The notes beneath the pieces are model-generated. The model saw only the letters and a list, made by a program, of their open reading frames with translations, had not been told where the DNA came from and did no database searches. Made by a program: the position numbers and the translations under genes. This document shows positions 36,761 to 49,685 of a stretch of DNA of 64,000 nucleotides, piece by piece. Origin of the DNA: Octopus bimaculoides (taxonomy: Eukaryota); contig NC_068984.1 in the NCBI RefSeq assembly GCF_001194135.2, positions 56,803,522-56,867,521 on the forward strand, in the 5' to 3' direction. The first letter of the stretch is position 1. Every line of letters begins with the position of its first letter.

Positions 36761-38210
36761 AGTTACACAATAGAAACTAAAGAATCACAAAACACAATTT
36801 CTAATAGAGGTATAAAGCTAGTAATTTGAGGATGGGAACAGTTGCTCATGTTAACCTCTATATTTGACTAATATTTTATTTTATTGAACCAGAAGAATAA
36901 AAGTAGGATTTGAACTTAGAATGCAAAGAGGCAGAACAAATATCAAAAGACATTTCTCCAACACTCCAATGATTCTGTTATTGTCTCACCTTATACATTT
37001 CTAACAATTATTAAGAAAATATTTTGATTTCTTAAGTAGACAAGAAACCTTAAAGCTATGAAAAAGTGGAGGTTGAGTCAGTCATGCTTTTCAAAAAGTC
37101 ATGAACATGATACTTGAAGCTGTTTAATCTAAGTATTGAAAACTGGGTCATTTACTGAGAATACATCATAGTAGTACATAATTGTATCATAATGATGGTG
37201 ATGATGTGGATGATTATAATTATTCTTTGACAATTTTTGAAGTTAGCTTTATGTTAATGTCCTTCATGGTTTTTAAATATTGATTTTTTCCCCCCTGTGC
37301 AATAATAGTGCAATACAACATAACCTCCCTGTCTTTTTATATATTTCTTTTTTTCGGTCAGACAAAGAACAGATAAAACAATGAAACAACCACAAGGATG
37401 TTAAGGCTAATTTAAATCTAAACGCTGCTTATAAATAGGATGACTTATCAGATTAGATCAGTTGGTTGATGTTTTATGGTTAGGAAATTCTAGTCAGAGC
37501 ATCATCTACTATTTTTACTCTAAAGAATTTATAAGATTTACATGCTGTTATAAGTTAATTTTGAAAAACCTGTGATTCTAGCCATTGGTTCATATTTGAT
37601 GCATTAAATGATATCTCACAGGCATTTATAGAAGCTCAATCAGCATAGTGGCTACAAAAACAGATCCAGTTGGTTATGTTTTGTACTAATAAAAATATTG
37701 ACAAGATTTATAATTTCTTTCCAAATATTTCATGCTAATAAGCTAAACAGACTCATTATTTGGAAATTATGAGAGTTTTGGCAGGAATAATGAAGCTTGC
37801 TACAAATAATAATAGTCAGTCTACATTGATGTTGATGAAGAGCAAATCAGTACCATGATATTTGTCTGTAATTCTTCTGTAGAATGTCTTTGTAGATGAT
37901 TACTTGCTCAGTAGGTTTTGAGATAAATTCTGCTTTAAACTTGGATTAGATTTTGGTTAATAATGTAAGCTAGGAATTTTTAGTTACTTTTCTATGCAAT
38001 ATATTTATATCTTAACTTGTTAGGCAGATTAAAAAAAAAAGGTGTTTGGTTCGTAAACTGTTCAGCGCAGATACTTGAGAGAGAGAGAGAGAGAGAGAAA
38101 AGGGGTTAAAGAAAGGAAAGAAAAATATCTAAAACTGTCTAACAACAATTTTAAATCTAAAGTGATTGTTCTAAACTTACCCTTGAAAATCACATTTAAG
38201 AGTATTTTGG

Positions 38211-38320
38211 GATGAATTAGCCAGCGACAAGTTGACCTTTGGATGAATTGCTAAATGATGAATTGACCAGGGACAAATTAACCAACGATGAAATAACTGG
38301 AGACAAATTGTCCTAGCACC
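38211..38320. repeat. Seven degenerate 15-bp tandem units (GAYRAATTRNCCNNN-like)
   Basis: gatgaattagccagc / gacaagttgaccttt / gatgaattgctaaat / gatgaattgaccagg / gacaaattaaccaac / gatgaaataactgga / gacaaattgtcctag. Confidence 0.9.
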
Positions 38321-39865
38321 AAAAAACGAACTTATGATACAAAAGTTTATAACACAGTTTATAACAGAAATTTTTTGAACCAATGAAGGAATCTCTACTT
38401 TGTCACTTGACTTGTTTGAAATAACAACCAAATCTACCTGAAATCACACACTATTGACTTTTTATCATAGGTTTGGCTAACAACAGCAGAAATCCAACTG
38501 AGTGTCATCCTGTTCTAAGTTGTTAACATTGTCAATTAAACTTTTTAATATGTAATTTTAAATGTATCAGATTTACTGCAAATAGCTAATAAATATGTCA
38601 AAGAACTTTCTTTTGTGAAAATACTTGGTTAAGTATGAAAAATCTAATTTTGATTTCATGTTATTGCTAGTTTCCAGTAATAGAAAATATAATCTACCAG
38701 ATGCTATTAGTTGTTGTTGTTGCTTAGTCTGGTTAAACGGTCTTATGGTCAATGGCATTCCTGGTATGACTATGTCATCTTTTTATGGGTACGTAGAAGA
38801 CTACATTATCTAATGTGTCCTGCCCTTATATATGACAAGTGTGGTTTAAAGGAGATTTGTTGGCTGTTTCAGGCGGTTAAGTAATCACATAGAAGCTTGT
38901 GGTGCTATTAGATAGGTATGTGCAATTAGTGGTCAACTATTTCACTTATTTTGAGTTATGTTGAACAAGAAGGATCGAAACCAAGACACTTTTTTTACCT
39001 TGTATTTGAAATAATATCTTGTATTTGGTTGAGCGACTGTATTACCAACTGCACCACAATGAGATTTTGCAGATATTATTTAGGTGATGTCCTGTGTGCT
39101 TTTATACTATTTAATTGAAGTGATTCTGAATACAGGAATCTATAATATTTTCATAGGAATTATTCAATAGACTTAGTGTATGTGTTTCCAAAGAATCCAA
39201 TTTCCATTTGTGATGGCTAGATGTACCAAATTTTGTCCAGAATCACTACTAAATACTTGCAGTGGATCTGAACTCATAACACATTTGCAAATGCTTTTAA
39301 TGCTTTTTATAAATTCAACCCATTTCCCCTCCACAATGCTTTGTAAAATGATATAATCCAAAGAGGTATGCCTTCAGTTTTATAGTTAACATGTGTATTG
39401 CAAATTATTACAATATACAAGAACATAAATGACAGTGTAGTGTGACTGTAATTATCCTCTCTAACAGCAAAGTAATTCTTATATACTCATGTGAATAGTT
39501 AATTCATATTTCTTGAATTACTTTATGTTTATATGTGTGTGATACCATGTGCAAACATTTGTATACTTTTATGCATGAAAGAAGTATAAATGTTCATGTA
39601 ACTGTTTTCCGTTAGAAGAAATTGTTGTCTGTTAAATATTGTTGTCCACCTTAATGTGCTGTCTGCTTACCTTTTCTTATGTAAACATTTGCTAGTTATC
39701 CTCAGAGGAACAATTCTTTAAATATTCCAGCATCTTTATACACCTGCACAAATGCTTTTGTCTAGAAAAGACAAAATAATAAATACTCTTCAAGGCAATG
39801 GTATTGTCTTCCACCATAGAGTATATTCCACAAAGCTGTCTCTCTATCAAATTATTTAAGAATTA

Positions 39866-39965
39866 ACACATGCGCATGTATATTTGCACATGCACATGTA
39901 TATTAGCACATGCACATGTATATTAGCACATGCACATGTATATTAGCACATGCACATGTATATTA
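39866..39965. repeat. 20-bp minisatellite, five units
   Basis: Unit GCACATGCACATGTATATTA; first unit divergent. Confidence 0.97.
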
Positions 39966-40114
39966 AGGCATACAGAGAGAACGCAAGAAAACAGGTATTT
40001 AGCACTGACACCACACCATGTCAAATAATTTCAAATGTACTTGTGGTTAGCCAATTTGGTAATGACTAGATGGTTGAATATTTGGAATATTGCTATGATA
40101 AATACATTACTTTT

Positions 40115-40278
40115 GCTGAGGAGTGGCTGTGTAGTAAGTAGCTTGCTTACCAACCACATGGTTCCGGGTTCAGTCCCACTGCGTGGCACCTTGGGCAAGT
40201 GTCTTCTACTATAGCCTCGGGCTGACCAAAGCCTTGTGAGTGGATTTGGTAGACGGAAACTGAAAGAAGCCCGTCATA

Positions 40279-40335
<57 letters not shown>

Positions 40336-40549
40336 TTGTGTGTCTGTGTTTGTCCCCCTAGCATTGCTTGACAACCGATGCTGGTGTGTGTATGTCCCCG
40401 TCACTTAGCGGTTCAGCAAAAGATACCAATAGAATAAGTACTAGGCTTACAAAGAATAAGTCCCGGGGTCGATTTGCTCGACTAAAGGCGGTGCTCCAGT
40501 ATGGCCACAGTCAAATGACTGAAACAAATAAAATTAAGATAAAAGAGTA
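40115..40549 (+). mobile_element. SINE family A, full-length young copy
   Basis: tRNA-like head (gtggctgtgtagtaag...ggttcagtcccac), core, internal TA/TG microsatellite at about 40277-40345, AAAGAGT-type tail. Confidence 0.95.
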
Positions 40550-40555
40550 AATATT

Positions 40556-40956
40556 ATATTGTTATGCTTGGGTATGGTCATATTTTGCCAATTAAATGCA
40601 TGCATTATATATTTTGTCTTCACTTCAGCTTTATTATTATTATTTTAGTTTCTTTATTAAAGTTTTTCTGTCATACATCTTGTGACCTCTTCATTGACTC
40701 TTTATCCCATGTGTCTCCTCTTGTTTTGTTTATTCCATTATGTCTTTCTGTGGTATGTATTCTTATCTGCACACAGAAAGGCAAAAATGGAATAAACAGA
40801 AGAAGAGACATGTGGGATAAAGAGTCATTGAAGAATATGTTGTGAAAGAGCTTTGACAATGAAACTAAATAATAATAATAAAGCTGAAGTGAAGACCAAG
40901 TATATTGTGCATGTGTTTAATTGGCAAAATATGACGATCCCCAAGTATAACAATAT
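40556..40956. mobile_element. 401-bp fold-back MITE (almost entirely inverted repeat)
   Basis: Left arm 40556-40752 pairs with right arm 40772-40956; 19-nt loop; termini ATATTGTTAT...ATAACAATAT. Confidence 0.9.
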
Positions 40957-41854
40957 CTGTTTCAACATACCATTCCACATCAAGAATCTTTTAAAAGAAA
41001 CACATAAACATAATTATTAATATTTTATTCAGATAATATTAATAAAATTGCAAATCTAAAATTACTCTGTTAGTACTAGAAAATACATCTGAATATATAT
41101 ATAACGGCCATATGATAAGGTCATACTATATGAATATATTGCATAACAGATGAAGCATTTGTTCAAAAACCATGATATTTTTTGTTTATTTTAGTCATTT
41201 ACTGCTATTTTACATTCAATTGTAAATACTATCATGGGTGGCTTTTTACACACACACGCACACATGTATGCACACACACATACACACACACATACTCTCT
41301 GTCTGTCTGTCTGTCTCTGTCTCTCTCTCTCAGAACAATTATTTTTACAGTTAGTTGCTCTGACAACTCATCTGCAAAGTCGGAGTTAAATATTTATTGT
41401 CATCTAAGTAGGCTGGGGCAAGAAGTTGTGTGTTCAGAAGTCCAACAAATACAGTATTTTGGATTACTGGCATTCTCACATCTATTGTGTCATACAAAGG
41501 AAACAAAATGACCTTATCAGCTGGAATTATCTTCAATTTTACATCTATATATTTCCATGAATAAAATTATTCTAATCATTGTCTTATCAACAGCTACCGC
41601 TATTTGATGTCATCTGCGATGAGCATGTTCTAAGATCTCTTCCATATACTAAGTCTAATAAAGCCCTTGTCAGCTGAATTTCACAAAGACTAAATGATTA
41701 TTGACATGGCACTATATATTTATTAATATTACAAATAATCTAAACAGTGAAATCATTTTCATGTCATTAGGAAAAAAGAAATCTAAGATTTTGGGCAGAA
41801 TCCTTTGTTGGAGAGAAAGGAATGTCTGCTGTTGTTGAAGGGATTTATATTAGT

Positions 41855-42138
41855 AGAGGAGGAGGTAGAGATGGAAAGAAGGAGTATGAGGTAACAAGTC
41901 TTAATGCCGGGAGGAGGCAGCAGTTAGAGAAAATAACAGGAACACTAGCAGACTTACATGTGCAGATGTGCATGTGTTTTTGTGTCTTTACAGTATTTCT
42001 TTGTCATTAACTCCTTCCTCTTAACATTCTTCAAATCTGCTAGTGTTCCTTTTATTTTTTCCTCTATCTGACCACTCCTTCCTCCACTATCAGTTGTCAC
42101 CTTATCCTTCTCCCTTCCCTCCTCTTTTTTCTTTCTAT
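41855..42138. repeat. Old degenerate inverted repeat (purine arm / pyrimidine arm)
   Basis: Perfect 14-bp core GGAACACTAGCAGA (41939-41952) / TCTGCTAGTGTTCC (42036-42049), with weaker pairing outward. Confidence 0.8.
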
Positions 42139-42419
42139 CACTTACAGCCAATTCTCTTCTGTCTGATGAAGGATCCAGTTTGAAATCCCTGAAAAATTAG
42201 ACTATATATGTTTGAATCACTTGTATTATTTTTTTGCTGATGCACATGAACACTTTTCAGAATTGTACGAAGTAGCCATGAGGATTGTGAAGGCTTACTC
42301 AGTGTTTCCAACAATTTCAAACCTAATTCTTAAGTAGATGGTCCACAACACCCATTAGTTTCAAATGGTGTTGGTCGAAATATATACTGTCTGACAAGAT
42401 TACATATGGTACTTTCTAG

Positions 42420-42790
42420 ATGTCATTCAGCTGATTGAAGCTTTGTGAGTGAATTTGATAGGTAGAAACTGAGAGAAGCCATCATGTATATATATGTATG
42501 TATTTATATGTGTGTATGTAAATGTGTATGTGTATTTGTGTTTCTTTGTCTTAATATTGCAAGCAAACATCATTGTCATACGAGTGGTGTCACTCATTTG
42601 TAGTCTTTGAAAACATGTTTTACCATAGAGCTGTTGATATTTGAAGTATAAAGGGGAATATTACTCTGCTTGAAAACAGATGTGAATTGATAACAGTAAG
42701 AGTATCTGGCCATTGAAAACCTGCCTCAATAAATTTTGTTCTACCCATGCAAGCATGCAAAAATAGATGTTAAATCGATGATGATGATAA
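42420..42790 (+). mobile_element. SINE family A', 5'-truncated
   Basis: gctttgtgagtgaatttgataggtagaaactgagagaagcc core; acccatgcaagcatgc...gatgatgatgat tail. Confidence 0.75.
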
Positions 42791-43369
42791 CTTATATTGT
42801 ACATCCGGTTAACTCTAGACTCCTTTAGAATTTATGCTAATCCTTTCTCACAAGTACAACTTAATTCTGAATTGCAACCAAAAAAAGAGATACTAAAAAA
42901 TGTACTAATTTAATTAACTTTAATTTTTATTTTGCTTTGGTTCCTATGGTTGAAAAATTATTGAATGATAGTATTGCAGCAACAGTGACTTCACCACCAC
43001 TGCTGTGCCTGGGCTGCTTCCAGTATCACGTATCCAACCCAAGTACACTAACCACCTTTCTACTTATGGATACTCTACAAAAGAAAGTCAATATATTTGC
43101 AGTAGCCATAGAGCCACAGGGAATGTCAGATATTGGTTAAGTATAAGAGTCATTCCTTCCAGATGATCTGTAGGAGTTTATTCCCTCAGCTTTTTTTTAA
43201 AATGCTCCACAAGGTAGCAACAGTTTATTATAAAGGTCTTGGCTTGTGCAGAGCCAGTCCCTCTCTCTCACCTTTCAACTTTTAGCAGAAAGGACTCATC
43301 TGTCCTGGGTCCATTGGGGGTATCTGTGAGTAATCTTCTTCAGGAGGTATTTCTGTGGCATGCTAATTA

Positions 43370-43510
43370 ACCCACAGCTGACAAGTGCTACTGCTCTGGG
43401 TCAGAATAGACCCGACAACAATAGTGGCTAAGAGGTGGGTTTACAATGTTCAAAACCTTGGAATTCTTGAATCAAGATCCCTCTATCAGATATAATATGA
43501 AGTCATACAA
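43370..43510 (+). mobile_element. Degenerate RTE-like repeat fragment
   Basis: gtgctactgctctgggtcagaatagacc...ccctctatcagat; same family as 36610-36760. Confidence 0.45.
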
Positions 43511-45854
43511 GAGTTCATATATAGACAGTTGCCATTGATTATTTTTACCTGGTCTGACATGATTGCTTCACTTGTTTCTTATTTCTGTTTGCTTGTACAT
43601 GTGTCTGTGTGTATGTGCATAAGAATACACATGCAGTAATAGTGGTATAAAAATAGTGTATTGTTCTAAGATGCATATTTAATTGAAGTATACATTAATA
43701 ACTTCATATAATTTTCTATAGCCTCATATCTGCTGTGGTTTTTAGATAAGGGTTTTAGGTATAGAGCAAACCTGGGTAGAGAGGCAAACATAGTTAACAA
43801 TGAATAGCAAGACTACATACTACTAAAGACAACAACTAGCTTATATCATATGGATGGGATTGGTTTTTAGACTTCAAGAGTGTGGTAAAATTTAGATAGA
43901 TATTGAAGGCTTGATATGGTAGTAAGAACAGAAGTAGATTAAACAAGATACTGAGGAGAAGGGCAGAAAGTGGAAGGAAAAACGTATTTCCTCCTACTCC
44001 ACCTCTAATACCACAATTATTACATGCAAACAAGTAAAAAATAAACTAAAATCAACAACAATGTTGCTAAGCGAAAAACAAAAAAAAAGCAAAAAAATTC
44101 ATAGCTGATAGTACTGATGATGACGAAGTTAAGACAAGATTTGTTGAACCATACTTTAGATTTCAGATATTTATCAGTTTCAGCCAATCATGAATGTGGT
44201 GACATTTTTGTATGTTTTCTTCTTTCTTTTATATATTTTTTTTTGTAATAAAATTCACAGCTATGTCTGTTGACAAACAGATCAGTCAAGATAAAATCAG
44301 GTGTTGGCCAGCTAGCAATAGCAGTTAAATCTCCCTTAAATCATATATCCTAACCTCTTAATTCAGGACATATCACAGAATTTCCCTTCAAAATGTTCTA
44401 AACCTTCCTCTCATCTTCCATTTATCTGCTTGGTATTTTTTCCCCTCCTTATCAGTCTTCCCATTATCTTCTTTGTCATCACCATTGCCATTACCACCAC
44501 CATTTTGCCCCTATCCCGTTTATAGTAAGAAAGTCAGCATAAATACTTTAGAATGTTTTTCCATCCACTCCCTATAAGTTATGAGATAAATCTGTGAGCA
44601 ATTCTTGTGAAAGAATGACTTTATCTAAGTTTTTACTATGCATATGTCTGCAAGGATTAGATCTAAAAATTGTCATTCTTGGTATCTCATCCGCCAACTG
44701 GATCAAACTGAATAACACGAAATTACAGCAGAAAATATCTCATTTCCGCTTTTTTATGTTTGTGTGCAATTGGAATGCAAAAGTATATCTATGTTAGTGT
44801 AGTTATGTGATGGTGGGGATAGCTATACTTCAGTAAGAAATGTAGATATATAAATAGATATTCATATCTTTCTTTGACATGCACACACACATACATGCAT
44901 GTGTACACATACACACAAACTTGCATACATATATGCATATATATCATCAACTGTTTTGATTTTATCCAATCATAACCTGCCTAGATATTCAAATTCCAAC
45001 ATCTCCAGGGCCATCTTAGCTGCATGCGCCTATGCTTTAAGATGACACTGAACATCTCTGTGAATGTTTTAAATACATTTCTATACATTACATTTTTCCA
45101 AATTATACAAGATTTGGAAAGAAGAAACCTTGTGAAGTTTCAGCTTCTAATAAGATATATTACTCTGCTTCTATTGAATACCTTCTTTTGTTCTACTTAT
45201 GTGCCTTGAGTTTACCTATACACACACATCATAGATACAAATACATATGTGTGTTTATATGAATACATATAAACATATATTCTAGTAAGAGGGAAGATGA
45301 ATGTGCGTGTGTATGTATGTATGTATGTATGTATGTGTATGTATGCATACATGTATGTATGTGTGTGTGTATGAGAGGAGGAGAAATACATATGTACATA
45401 CATATATATATGAATGAGAGAAACACATGTATATATACATTTATATATGCATGCATATACATTAAACATAAATCCTACAATGTTTTTCTTACCATTTCTC
45501 CCTTCCAGCTGCCATATGATTGCTTGAACTGTTTTAGTTTCATCTGCCACTGTTCATTCAAGATATTGCCCTTTTCCTGCCATTAATGATTTAATCTGTG
45601 ATATTAAAAAAGAAAAAAACAATTTAACTTATGTCATATCATTAACTTTTCTTCTTTTTGCTTTGTTAGTTAATTTTTGTTTTGTTACATTTTTATTTTT
45701 AATTTCTGTGTTTATTTAGCAGTGAGGGAAATGATTTTTAGGGTTTTTTTGTTTTGTATTTATTTTTCTTTAATATTAAATAAGGACTGTGATTGGTTAA
45801 AGATGGTGATCTCATAATTGGCGAAAGAAGGAAAAACGCATATGTTCATTTTAT

Positions 45855-45874
45855 ATACACACAAACACACACAC

Positions 45875-45941
<67 letters not shown>

Positions 45942-46008
45942 CATAAATACATACATACACACACACATCAATGCATATATATACACACATATATACATAC
46001 ATACATAC

Positions 46009-46040
<32 letters not shown>
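45855..46040. repeat. Compound CA/TA/TG microsatellite
   Basis: Direct reading. Confidence 0.97.
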
Positions 46041-46041
<1 letters not shown>

Positions 46042-46342
46042 AAGTAAATATGTACTTTAAGTTTTTGTCATAGGTGAAGAAACAGTTTTTGCTCATACTA
46101 TGTAGTTTTGTGTACTAATGCATATTTAAACACACACATGCACAGGCATATATATTCATACATGTGTTGTTAATTACACATGTATAAACCCTTGTATTTT
46201 TTTATCATGATGATTTATTAATTTTTTCTGGGTATGGAAAACATTACCTTACTTAGTGAGGCTTGGTAGCAGGAAGAGTATTTGATCATAGAAAATCAGC
46301 TTCACAAAATTTTGTTTGATCCATGCAAGCATGGAGAAAAAG

Positions 46343-46384
<42 letters not shown>

Positions 46385-47104
46385 AAAAATAGAAAATGAA
46401 TAGAGAATATAATAAACAAAGCATTCTAAAAACAGAAATGATAAGAGTTGTAGTTTTTTTCTCTTCTGTTAAGTTTATTTTATCTCAAATTCTCTAGTAG
46501 CTCACTAATTTGTTTTGAGCAGTAGAGGCAAGTTTAGAATGAACCAAGTCCATACTTTCAAGGTTTGGCTTTTATATCCAACTTTAAGCTGTTTCACATT
46601 ACATATGTTACTAATGTCCAGGAAAATGCTTTACTACTACTACTGTTGCTGCTACTTCTACTGCCGATGCATAGTTGAATACTCGGAATTAAAAAGAACA
46701 TCCACTTGGAAAATATTACTTCCAATATTTTATGTGGACATTCTCTCTTACATGCCATAAATCTCTACACATCATCACATATATGACAGGATGGTGAAAA
46801 AACGAACATTTTAGTTGTTCATTGAATATTTTATCTCACAGAAATATAAGATAATCAATTAATGTTTTGTAGTTGGAGGTATTTAGTGTGGAGTAATTAA
46901 TTAAATTTATTGACTTCAGTGAGTATGGGAAATACTACTTGTGACGTTAGTATCTTTTCCAAGTGTTTTGGGGACATAAGGTGGGGGGGAGCTATAATCA
47001 AATACTGATAATAAGTTATGGATTGACTTATACATACTGTTCACCATTTTTGCAAGTTAACAAAATTTGTTTCAAAGATGTGAGAAGTCATTTTTCAGTT
47101 ACAG

Positions 47105-47450
47105 ATCATCATCATCATCATTTAGCATCTACCATGGGATGGATGGTTTGACAGGAGCTGGTAAGGCCAGGACTGCATCAATCTCCATTATCTGTTCTGG
47201 CATGGTTTCTATGGCTGGATGCCCTTCCTAATGCCAACCACTTCTTAGTGTATTGGATGCTTTTTTAGGTGACAGTAGCATGAATGCTTTTTATGTGGCT
47301 CCAGCACCAGTATCTTCTTCTGTTGAAGATGGGCCTTTTTGAGTACAGCAATGCACCAGCTATCTTGGTCCTTAGTCAACTCCTTCGTAAGACTCAGTTC
47401 TTGATAAATAATGCAAATGGGTAGTGCATGTTGGATCAAAACAGTGGTGT
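47105..47450 (-). mobile_element. LINE 3' end with (TGA)n tail
   Basis: catcatcatcatcatttagc...ggatggtttgacagga...ggctggatgcccttcctaatgccaacc; the tail matches the 3' tail of SINE family A'. Confidence 0.7.
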
Positions 47451-48069
47451 AAGTTGTTTGTGGAGAGTTCCTAAAACAGAAACAGATAAATGAACACCTG
47501 GGCTATTGAAGGTAGATGTAAGAATTTGACACCATACAGAAGAGCTGAGAGATAGTTGAGAAGATTGGAGATTAAACTGAATTGAAAATTTATCCAATCC
47601 ATGTCAGGAAGGTAAAAACATAAAAAAACATGATGATAGAAAATATTGAAACCTCTGCTATAAATACAGATTCTGAGTTCAGAGCCAGTCATTTTCTTTA
47701 AATATATAGGGAAGGTATATAAATATAGGAACAGGCACTTAAAACAATTTGGGGTTGAACATAAAAACAGAAAATGTAGTTTGAATTTCGAAACTTATAT
47801 TAATAATCTAATCATATGATTTGATTATTTAATCTGTTAATTATTACGAAAAACAAAATAACTTGTGCTTAAAAGAAAACAATCAAGAATCAATGAATTT
47901 AATCAAAGTTCAGTTGTATTCAGCCAGTGTTTGATTTTTGAAATAATAGACTTTCATTTATCTTTCTTCTGAGATAGTTTTGTAGATATAAGATTATGCC
48001 ATAAATTTATTTACTTTGGTCTAATAACAATAGGAATGTAGTGCCTTATGTTCTGAATTTCTTGTTCAG

Positions 48070-48179
48070 TGATATCCTGGCAATTTTTGCTATTGAACAT
48101 ATGGGGTTCTCCCCACACCAAACTATTCCTATATTTGTGTTTGTCTTTCTTTTCTTCAGCAGAATTGTTATTTTTATGA
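48070..48179 (+). CDS. Candidate exon, hydrophobic and unidentified (DILAIFAIEHMGFSPHQTIPIFVFVFLFFSRIVIFM)
   Basis: tttcttgttcag acceptor and gtatgt donor at 48180; an internal stronger acceptor (ttcttcag/cag at 48159/48162) would give a 20/17-nt exon. Hydrophobicity may simply reflect T-richness. Confidence 0.12.
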
Positions 48180-48819
48180 GTATGTGACATTTTCCATGAA
48201 GTTCACTTGCTGATTGCATGTTTGCATTTATGTTTCTTGATATGAGTATAACACAAGTAGGATTTTTTTTTTTGTTTGTTTTCTCTGTCATTTACAATAT
48301 GTATGTCATTATGTGTGTATTTCATATTTTTTTGTTGTTGTTATTACTCGATATTTACCCTGTGGTTTTTATTTCCCAGACAAGTTGACCTTTTGAAATT
48401 AAAAATGGAAATAATTCTACATTTATGTCAAGTCATGAAACCAACTTTTAACAAATACTTTAAAAGAACTATTTTATGAAGAGTTGTCTGTTCAGCTTCA
48501 GAAGCATAATATTTGCCTGGTCTTTTCATGAAAGGTTTTCATCTGATACCCTGTTCTGATATTACATTAAGTATTTTCTTTCTTTCTTTGAGAAGTTAAA
48601 AATCACACTGTAACCTTCTATTTTTGACTTCTCAAAGGGGTGGATCAAAGAAAAGTATGTTTAGTGTGTGGGTAAGATTTTGGAAAGATTTATAGGCAGG
48701 TATATTTTCTTTTTCTCAAAAATTAATTTGAAATTGTATATTTAGATGAAGGGGATCATTTCTCGCATTATCTGTTATAGCCATCAAATAGTACCATAAA
48801 AAGTATTAACAAAGAAATA

Positions 48820-49015
48820 TTGATTTCAAAGTTTGGCACAAGGCCAGCAATTTTTGGAGGAGGAGTTAGGTTGATTACATGGCTCCAGTACTCAACTGGT
48901 ATTTATTTTATCAATTCTCAAAGGATAAAAGGCAAAATCAACCTTGGTTGAATTTTAACTCAAATGTGCTAAGCATTTTGCCTGGCATGCTAACAATTCT
49001 GCCAACTCACTGCCT
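48820..49015 (-). mobile_element. SINE family C
   Basis: Reverse complement of the 13357-13583 unit. Confidence 0.8.
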
Positions 49016-49302
49016 TGGGAAATATTGAGATATAGTGATAAAAACTGTTTTCTCCTTTTAAGAACTAAATTTACTTTACCTGTATAAATAACATGAAATA
49101 GGACCAACTAATTCTTCTTCAAATCTTTCTGCCATCTTAAAAGAAGGGGATAAATTGGATAATGTAAATTCTAAATGCAATATGTTTGAAAAGGATGCGT
49201 TGGTCATGGCTGGAAATACTTTTCATCGTAGATTTGCTTGCTCAAAGCTGACTTGGAGCAAAAACTGTCGGTGACAATACCTGTATATTCACTAACACCT
49301 TT

Positions 49303-49685
49303 GTTGTTGGCACTCCGTCGCTTACGACGTCGAGGGTTCCAGTTGATCCAATCAACGGAACAGCCTGCTCGTGAAATTAACGTGCGAGTGGCTGAGCACT
49401 CCACAGACACGTGTACCCTTAACGTAGTTCTCGGGGATATTCAGCGTGACACAGTGTGACAAGGCTGACCCTTTGAATTACAGGCACAACAGAAACAGGA
49501 AATAAGAGTGAGAGAAAGTTGTGGTGAAAGAGTACAGCAGGGTTCGCCACTATCCCCTGCCGGAGCCTCATGGAGCTTTAGATGTTTTCGCTCAATAAAC
49601 ACTCACAACACCCGATCTGGGAATCGAAACCGCGATCCTATGACCGCAAGTCCGCTGCCCTAACCACTGGGCCATTGCGCCTCAA
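49303..49685 (-). mobile_element. Young SINE family B, full length
   Basis: Perfect 13-bp TSD CACTAACACCTTT at 49290-49302 and 49686-49698; CpGs largely intact. Confidence 0.97.

Noticed and set aside
37622-37672. GIYRSSISIVATKTDPVG, resembling a GTPase G4 motif, between AG and GT
   Set aside because: Weak splice signals, no other GTPase motifs nearby, and a short match expected by chance.
38211-38320. Regularly spaced repeat considered as CRISPR-like (also the 12.6-14.4 kb stack)
   Set aside because: No identical repeats with unique spacers, no cas genes, and a eukaryotic context.
39173-39361. Ankyrin-like words GQNLVHLAITNGN in a minus ORF
   Set aside because: Single short motif bounded by stops, with no usable splice sites; the adjacent sequence resembles a decayed SINE head.
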